In this document: piece by piece, positions 42,369-49,059 of the stretch
How the letters are laid out: each line of letters begins with the position of its first letter
Numbering within the stretch: position 1 is the first letter of the stretch
DNA from: Tubulanus polymorphus
Lineage: Eukaryota; Animalia; Nemertea
Reading direction: 5' to 3'
Length of the DNA: 64,000 bases
NCBI RefSeq assembly: GCF_964204645.1
Contig: NC_134028.1
Coordinates: forward strand, 25,230,345 to 25,294,344
The notes under the pieces: model-generated
Seen by the model: the letters and a program-made list of their open reading frames with translations, nothing else
Databases searched by the model: none
Told to the model about the DNA's origin: nothing
Translations under genes and position numbers: made by a program

Positions 42369-42559
42369 AAAAACAAAAGATGTGCGAATGACCAGTTGCC
42401 CATCAGCATTTTTGCGACAGAAAATGAAGTTCTTCTCCCGGCGGGCAACATAGCACCAGCCGGTGGCGCCGCCCTCGTGCTATTAGCCAACCAGCCAATC
42501 AACGCGAAGTAAACACGTCCTTTTCAGTTCCGGAACTCAGGCGTAAAGTTTAACATTTT
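42369..42559 (+). repeat. Split direct repeat A1 (191 bp)
   Basis: Identical by eye to 48416-48606 (aaaaacaaaagatgtgcgaatg...gcgtaaagtttaacatttt). Confidence 0.95.
42495..42529 (+). promoter_or_regulatory. Putative internal promoter in repeat A (CCAAT box and TCAGTT initiator)
   Basis: CCAAT at 42495-42499 and TCAGTT at 42524-42529, upstream of the first ORF. Motif match only. Confidence 0.35.
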
Positions 42560-42640
42560 CATTTCTCCTTTTTTAATCGTTAATTATCCTTTTTTTACGT
42601 ACTCATCCGATAATTTTGTATACCGGTATTTTTAGATAGG

Positions 42641-43261
42641 ATGTCTAAGAACATTGTAGTCGTAGGCCATAGTTATATCAGGCGCCTGGGTGATTTTGTG
42701 AGAGAGAATAGTTCTGCTTCCTCTATTGTTAATTCCGATTGGGGTCTAGCTGGTTTAGACTTTGCGGCACCTCATTTGATCGGTATTGGGGGAGCAACAA
42801 TAGATATTTTGATAAACCGTGATGTGCTCTCATTGATCTGTGAGCAGCGGCCTACATTAGTTTTGCTGCAGATTGGGTCAAACGACCTAGATAACCGGTA
42901 TCTAACCCCAGCGTTTGTTGGAATGAAAATATTTCAATACGCTAATACCATTGTCGAGCGTACGGGTGCTGTTGTGTATATATGTGACCCTATTCGCCGC
43001 CAGAGATGGCGCAGTTTTAACGAAATTACTGGGAATAGTAGGGTTAGACAAGCGCAGGAATTTCTGCACGCCGCTTGTACAGGGTGCGAAAAGATATTTT
43101 CCTGGCGGCATCGGGGGTTTTGGAATTCTAGATATAATCTGTATGGTGGGGATCTAGTTCACTTGAACAAACAGGGCAACATTAAACTATATCGGTCACT
43201 CCGTGGGGCGATGGTTAAGGCCGGGAAGTGTCTCGGGACTAATAGGAGTGAAAGGGTCTGA
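42641..43261 (+). CDS. SGNH/GDSL-family hydrolase (esterase) carried by the retrotransposon, 206 aa
   Basis: SGNH blocks occur in the correct order: I VVVGHSY, II GIGGAT, III LQIGSNDL, V DLVHLN (DxxH). Confidence 0.88.
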   Translation: MSKNIVVVGHSYIRRLGDFVRENSSASSIVNSDWGLAGLDFAAPHLIGIGGATIDILINRDVLSLICEQRPTLVLLQIGSNDLDNRYLTPAFVGMKIFQYANTIVERTGAVVYICDPIRRQRWRSFNEITGNSRVRQAQEFLHAACTGCEKIFSWRHRGFWNSRYNLYGGDLVHLNKQGNIKLYRSLRGAMVKAGKCLGTNRSERV

Positions 43262-43312
43262 AGCATGGAAATACGTAGTGATATGGACACACATACATAA
43301 CTGCTTGTATAG

Positions 43313-43315
<3 letters not shown>

Positions 43316-43351
<36 letters not shown>
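43316..43351 (+). repeat. Poly(A) tract (A36) inside the element
   Basis: Pure A run starting 55 bp after the hydrolase stop codon. Confidence 0.95.
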
Positions 43352-43354
<3 letters not shown>

Positions 43355-43702
43355 ATATAGTATTCGTTAACATATAAATAAATAAATTAGTGATTCATAT
43401 AGCCTCCTTAAATATATATATATAGTTTACGTACTCAGTAATCCTTGAGCCTATAACTTAATGCTCGGATGCTCAGAAATGATACAGTTTGATGTTTCTA
43501 TGCACGTTATTACCTTTAAGTTTTTTACCTGGTCTTCATTGATGAAAGGTTGAATTTTGCCTGCCTCTGGCCAGGGGCCCATGGAATTTTCCTAATCCTG
43601 CAATAACCATTGATTAGGGCGTGCATTTTTCCCGATCATTACCATAAAGGTTTTTAGAATATGCTACTGTACTGGAGGTCCCAGGAGATAAGCATTAATA
43701 TC

Positions 43703-44473
43703 GGGCTTAATTTTCCTGCTTCGGGGCAGGTGCCCATGAATAAATGTTTAATATGAGGGCTTAATTTCCTGTGATACATATTGATATAGGGCTTAATTTC
43801 CCTGCTTCTAAGCAGGTGCCCATGGGATAATTAATCATGAATATTGGGCTTAATTTTCCTGCTTCTGGGCGGGTTACCACGATATAATCATTAATATTGG
43901 GCTTAATTTTCCTGCTTCTGGGCAGGTGCCCACGAGACAATCATTAACATAAGGGCTTAATTTTCCTGCTTCTGGGCAGGTGCCCAGGAAATAATAATTA
44001 GTATAAGGGCTTAATTTTCCTGCTTCTGGGCAGGTGCCTACGAATTAATCATCAATATTAGGGCTTAATTTTCCTGCTTCTGGGCAGGTGCCAACGAGAT
44101 AATCATTAATATTAGGGCTTAATTTTCCTGCTTCTGGGCAGGTGCCCAGGAAAATAATAATTAGTATAAGGGCTTAATTTTCCTGCTTCTGGGCAGGTGC
44201 CCACGAAATAATCATTAATATTAGGGCTTAATTTTCCTGCTTCTGGGCAGGTGCCAACGAGATAATCATTAATATTAGGGCTTAATTTTCCTGCTTCTGG
44301 GCAGGTGCCCAGGAAATAATAATTAGTATAAGGGCTTAATTTTCCTGCTTCTGGGCAGGTGCCCAGGAAATAATAATTAGTATAAGGGCTTAATTTTCCT
44401 GCTTCTGGGCAGGTGCCCACGAAATAATCATTAATATTAGGGCTTAATTTTCCTGCTGCCGGCAGTAGGCAGG
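43703..44473. repeat. 54-bp minisatellite (~15 units) between hydrolase and gag
   Basis: gggcttaatt unit starts at 43703, 43757, 43789, 43846, 43899, 43953, 44007, 44061, 44115, 44170, 44224, 44278, 44332, 44386 and 44440. A degenerate copy lies near 43549. Confidence 0.95.
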
Positions 44474-44544
44474 TCTTATTCATAATACTGATACGGTTAA
44501 TAACCCGCACGTATTTTGTGTTTTAGTAGTCATATAGAGTAGTA

Positions 44545-45516
44545 ATGCAGCGCACCAAGAGAAAGCAACAGGCAACCCCAGCCTTAAACAAGCGGAGGAA
44601 AGCGCCAGCTGGGGCTATCTCAGAGAAGGAGGCTCGGGCAGACCGCCTGCTGGAGACTCTCGAAAGAGCGGTCTCTTTGTTACCCCAGGTCAACGCCATC
44701 CCTGCAAACACCGCTGCAAATACACCTCAGCAGGCTGAGAATACGCCTCAGCAGGGGACCATAACAGTACCACAGGCCTTGGATGTGGCAGCGCCGGAAG
44801 CAGGTAATATCATCCCCGATGGTATGGGTTTTTATCAACAACCACAGTTGAGCGGCCTGGGGTCTTTTCTGCCCGCCGCGGTGGCATTGGATGCGTTAGT
44901 GCCGGTTAAGATAAAAGAATCTATTTGGTCAGGAAAATGGCTGGATTTCGCGGTGCTTTTGCGCAAGCCCGATGCGGCGTATTCCTTTAACGTGCTGCCC
45001 GCCCCTGGTCAGGAAACGCCTCACGTATCTATAGCGACACCCAGGCTTACAGCCATTAAGTCGATCGAGCAGTGGGTAAGGGCATTCGAAATCTTTTCTA
45101 CTGTCCATTTGCGCCGTCATCCTCATGACGCCATACCTCTGATCAAGTACGGTCGAAGCGTCCAGAACCTTGCGTCCCAGGGCGGGGATTGGGCGTTTTA
45201 CGACCAGAATTTTCGTGCGCTCCGTGCGGCTTCAGATGTCGCCGGTAGGTGGGACGCCACCAATTGGGAGCTGTGGTTGGAAGCGAAGACTCGAAATAAT
45301 AACTTGAAACGGCCCTTTCGAGCATCTTCGGGCCAGGCAGTCAATTTCTGCTACGCGTTTAATAGCGCCGCCTCGTCCTGTCCCCGAAAATCTTGCATAT
45401 ACGCCCACCAATGCAAGTTATGCAGAGGCCCACATTCAGCCGCTCGCTGTCCGCGTCGGAAAACGCCCAGCCCCTCGAATGGACATAAACGTAGCGACCC
45501 CACCTACAAATCATAG
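44545..45516 (+). CDS. Gag-like ORF1 with C-terminal zinc fingers, 323 aa
   Basis: C-x9-C-x4-C-x3-H is followed by C-x2-C-x3-H-x4-C. The protein has a basic N-terminus (KRK...KRRK) and a WAFYDQNFR motif, and lies directly upstream of and overlapping RT. Confidence 0.88.
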   Translation: MQRTKRKQQATPALNKRRKAPAGAISEKEARADRLLETLERAVSLLPQVNAIPANTAANTPQQAENTPQQGTITVPQALDVAAPEAGNIIPDGMGFYQQPQLSGLGSFLPAAVALDALVPVKIKESIWSGKWLDFAVLLRKPDAAYSFNVLPAPGQETPHVSIATPRLTAIKSIEQWVRAFEIFSTVHLRRHPHDAIPLIKYGRSVQNLASQGGDWAFYDQNFRALRAASDVAGRWDATNWELWLEAKTRNNNLKRPFRASSGQAVNFCYAFNSAASSCPRKSCIYAHQCKLCRGPHSAARCPRRKTPSPSNGHKRSDPTYKS

Positions 45517-47111
45517 TTTACCGACGCCGGTCAAAATTTCCGAACTTAGAAAATACATTTACGATTACAAGGCCGAGGATCGTGACATTATTATTGAAGG
45601 TTTTACTTCGGGTTTTCGCTTAGATAGTTTTTTCTCTGGCCTCTCATCTACCAAATGCGTCGATAACCTTAAGTCCGCTAGGGAGCGCCCTGACGTGATA
45701 CGCGAAAGAGTCAACAAAGAGCTTGCAACGGGTAGAGTTCTGGGCCCTTTTCAGACTCCATTCATGCCGGACGGTACCCCAATTCACGTTTCACCCCTAG
45801 GGGTAGTTCCTAAAAGCTCCGGGGGTTTTAGGGTTATTCATCATCTATCGTACCCGGAAGGCTCGTCGATAAACGATTTTATTCCCGAGGAGGCATCCAC
45901 CATTAAATACTCGACAGTCCAGGATGCGATTAAAATCATCAAGTCCCTTGGTGACGATGTTTTCCTAGCAAAGACCGACATAGAGTCGGCTTTCAGGATA
46001 ATCCCTATACATAAGTTAGACCAACCACTGTTGGGTTTCACTTTAGACGGTCTTTTTTTACGTCGACGCTGTTCTGCCCATGGGCGCAGCCAGCTCCTGC
46101 GCGATTTTTGACCGGTTCTCGTCGTGTATTAAATGGATTGCGATTAATAAGCTCGGGATTTCCCACATTGTACATATTTTAGATGATTTTTTGATTATTG
46201 CTAAGGGCAAATCTAAGTGCGACCGCGATCTGATAAATTTTCTTGACCTATGCGAACAGCTCGGCGTACCCATAAAGGAAGTCAAAACTTTTCGCCCGTC
46301 GCAAATCCTACCGTTTGCCGGCATCATGCTCGATACTATTTTGCACGAGGCACGTTTGCCGGAAGATAAATTGGCAAAATGCATGGCCCTGGTGGAAACA
46401 TTCCTGTCTAAACGGAAAGTGACTTTGCGAGAGTTACAGTCACTACTAGGGACGTTGAATTTTGCCTGCTCAGTCATCGTACCGGGACGACCGTTTCTCA
46501 GGAGGCTGATCGACCTCACCGTGGGCGTGCCTCACCGTTCGTTGCACATTTCACTGACGGCGAGCGCGAAGAATGATCTCCGGGTCTGGAACGTCTTCCT
46601 TTCAAATTTTAACGGTCGATCATTTTTCATCGATGAGCGTAAGCTCACTAACGATCGTTTGAATTTGTACACTGATTCCGCCGGTGCTTTTGGTTACGGT
46701 GCCGTTTACGGCACCCACTGGTTCCACGGTTCGTGGCCTTTAAGCTGGAAGTCTTGTTCGATCGCGGTCCTTGAACTATACCCAATCGTTGCCGCACTAT
46801 CAATCTGGGGGGCACATTGGAAAAATAAGACTATATGTTTTAATTCCGATAACCAATCGGTGGTCCACGTTATTAATAAACAATCTTCACGGGACAAGGC
46901 TATGATGACCCTCGTACGCAAGATGGTCTCTGTTTGTTTGAAATTTAACATCGTTTTCATTAGCGAACATATACCCGGAAAATATAACATTTTACCCGAC
47001 CTACTTTCTCGGTTCCAGTTTCGTCGATTTCGCATGGAAGCGCCATGGGCCGACCCTCAACCTACGCCGGTTCCCCAGTCTTGGCTGCCAGCAAATATAA
47101 ACCTACTATAG
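45479..47111 (+). CDS. Reverse transcriptase / RNase H (ORF2), split by a 1-nt frameshift at 46053-46059
   Basis: RT motifs are SPLGVVPK, FRVIHHLS, KTDIESAF, LPMG and HILDDFL. RNase H motifs are LYTDSAG, AVLELYPI, NSDNQSVV and HIPGKYNILPDLLSR. Removing one T from the T7 run joins ORFs 45479..46111 and 46080..47111 as ...DGLFYVDAVLPMGAASS... Confidence 0.93.
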
Positions 47112-47998
47112 ACGCCCTGTTAGCAGCGGCTTTGACGACGGAAACCGCGAAGGCCTATGATCGGTCTTGGGGTAAGCTAGTCGCGTTTGGCCAGCAGTTG
47201 GGCATCACAATTTTGGTCCCAGTTTCAGAATATTCCATCGTCTTGTTCGTCGCACATTTGCACGAAAAGGGTTTGTCGGCCGCAGCTACTGCGTCGACAT
47301 TGTCGGCAATTTCATATTTTCACAAGATAAAAGGGGAGGCCGACCCTTGTCGATCATTTATCATTCAGAAAATGTTAGCAGGCGCGAGAAATCTATCGCG
47401 GAGTTTCGACGTTCGTCTCCCAATTACCGCAGATGTTTTGGCCCGTTTATTTGACTGTCTTGCTGTGACGGAAAGTCTGTCCTACAACCGCCTTTTAGTG
47501 AAATCGGTTATGACCATCGCGTTTTGTGGTTATTTCCGCCTAGGGGAGCTCTTACCGAGGACACTCGCCCTAACGCAGAGTGTAGTACAGCTCGAAGACG
47601 TGGCACTCACCGCCTTTGGTCTCCAAATAGTGCTAAAGAAGTTTAAGCACAGCGCACGCGTTGGCCCTCAGGTCATACAGGTTGATTTTTCCTCCCTTTC
47701 GACCAGGGTTACCGATGCCCGATCGACTATCACCACTTATTTACAGCGCCGAGGCCCGCGTCCAGGCCCGCTTTTTATAGACTGCAGTGGAGCTCCGTGG
47801 TTAAGGCGAGCATTCGACCGTCGCCTCGTGTGCCTGCTGGAATGGTGTAAACTGTCACCTAGGGCGTTCAAGGGTCACTCCTTCCGCATCGGCGCTGCAA
47901 CCGATGCAGCATCGAGGGGAGTCCCCGACGCACAGATTAGGGCGGCTGGCCGGTGGAATTCCGAGGCCTTCCGTAAATACATAAGGATTGCGAGGTGA
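47045..47998 (+). CDS. Tyrosine recombinase (YR, ORF3), 317 aa
   Basis: Catalytic residues are in order: R (GYFRLGEL), K (LKKFKH), HxxR (GHSFRIGAAT), W and Y (GRWNSEAFRKYIR). Confidence 0.95.
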   Translation: MGRPSTYAGSPVLAASKYKPTIDALLAAALTTETAKAYDRSWGKLVAFGQQLGITILVPVSEYSIVLFVAHLHEKGLSAAATASTLSAISYFHKIKGEADPCRSFIIQKMLAGARNLSRSFDVRLPITADVLARLFDCLAVTESLSYNRLLVKSVMTIAFCGYFRLGELLPRTLALTQSVVQLEDVALTAFGLQIVLKKFKHSARVGPQVIQVDFSSLSTRVTDARSTITTYLQRRGPRPGPLFIDCSGAPWLRRAFDRRLVCLLEWCKLSPRAFKGHSFRIGAATDAASRGVPDAQIRAAGRWNSEAFRKYIRIAR

Positions 47999-48034
47999 TC
48001 GTGTGGGCTCAGCCACAGGTGGGTGGCTTTGTGG

Positions 48035-48419
48035 CATTTTTATAGCCCACTTACGATTAATCGAGGACTTTTTACTCCGAACTAGGTCAAACAGCTGGGG
48101 CGTTTGACTTCTTAGTAATAGTGGTGTAGTTACTTGTATTCATAAATAGGTCAAACAGCAGGGGCGTTTGACCGCGTAGTATTTTTTCCGATAATTGTTT
48201 AAATCAGAAACTAGGTCAATCCAGCTGGGGCGGTTGACCTAGTTAGTTTTGTATGACTTTGTATTTCTTTGTTAGATTGATGATATTGTAATTTTGTACG
48301 TGACAGCAAATTAGGTTGTCACGTGTTTTGGTATAATTTTTCAAATAAACGTCAAGCAGCTGGGGCGCTTGGCCTTTTCCATCTAACAATTTGTTCCGAC
48401 TTATTTTCTGTTGCAAAAA
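48035..48419 (+). repeat. Split direct repeat B1 (385 bp)
   Basis: Identical by eye to 48675-49059 (offset 640). Confidence 0.95.
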
Positions 48420-48606
48420 ACAAAAGATGTGCGAATGACCAGTTGCCCATCAGCATTTTTGCGACAGAAAATGAAGTTCTTCTCCCGGCGGGCAACATAG
48501 CACCAGCCGGTGGCGCCGCCCTCGTGCTATTAGCCAACCAGCCAATCAACGCGAAGTAAACACGTCCTTTTCAGTTCCGGAACTCAGGCGTAAAGTTTAA
48601 CATTTT
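48416..48606 (+). repeat. Split direct repeat A2; the B1/A2 boundary corresponds to the circle junction
   Basis: Copy of A1 abutting B1 through the shared A-run in ttgcaaaaaacaaaaga. Confidence 0.95.
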
Positions 48607-48674
48607 ACCACCCTCCATCCCCTACCTGCGCCTACGGCATTTGTTAGCCCTCTTACGATTAATCTTTTCTAGCC

Positions 48675-49059
48675 CATTTTTATAGCCCACTTACGATTAA
48701 TCGAGGACTTTTTACTCCGAACTAGGTCAAACAGCTGGGGCGTTTGACTTCTTAGTAATAGTGGTGTAGTTACTTGTATTCATAAATAGGTCAAACAGCA
48801 GGGGCGTTTGACCGCGTAGTATTTTTTCCGATAATTGTTTAAATCAGAAACTAGGTCAATCCAGCTGGGGCGGTTGACCTAGTTAGTTTTGTATGACTTT
48901 GTATTTCTTTGTTAGATTGATGATATTGTAATTTTGTACGTGACAGCAAATTAGGTTGTCACGTGTTTTGGTATAATTTTTCAAATAAACGTCAAGCAGC
49001 TGGGGCGCTTGGCCTTTTCCATCTAACAATTTGTTCCGACTTATTTTCTGTTGCAAAAA
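48675..49059 (+). repeat. Split direct repeat B2 (right terminus)
   Basis: Copy of B1. Contains AATAAA at 48984-48989. Confidence 0.95.

Larger units (their letters stand above)
42369..49059 (+). mobile_element. Full-length Ngaro-like tyrosine-recombinase retrotransposon (DIRS order) with split direct repeats
   Basis: Gene order is gag - RT/RNase H - YR with overlapping ORFs. Repeats are A1 (42369-42559), B1 (48035-48419), A2 (48416-48606) and B2 (48675-49059). There is no methyltransferase domain after RNase H and no inverted terminal repeats, which fits Ngaro rather than DIRS1. Confidence 0.95.

Noticed and set aside
43703-44473. CRISPR array (palindromic repeat plus variable spacer)
   Set aside because: The linkers are variants of one sequence and recur periodically, there are no cas genes, and the context is a eukaryotic retrotransposon.
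44112-44510. Minus-strand ORF with 18-aa repeats (GTCPEAGKLSP...)
   Set aside because: It is a translation of the 54-bp array and its register is broken by a 1-bp insertion in one unit.
44606-44615. CAGCTGGGGC in the gag ORF as another B-type hairpin
   Set aside because: The loop sequence matches but the gtcaa/ttgac stem is missing, so it may be chance.
47045-47998. Prophage integrase, bacterial contamination or Crypton
   Set aside because: YR overlaps RT/RNase H within Ngaro split repeats, and the flanks are eukaryotic.
42272-48559. Duplicate small ORFs MIGWLANSTRAAPP... (42272..42502 and 48352..48549) and ORF 48323..48559
   Set aside because: They reflect repeat A, cross the repeat boundaries and show no protein motifs.
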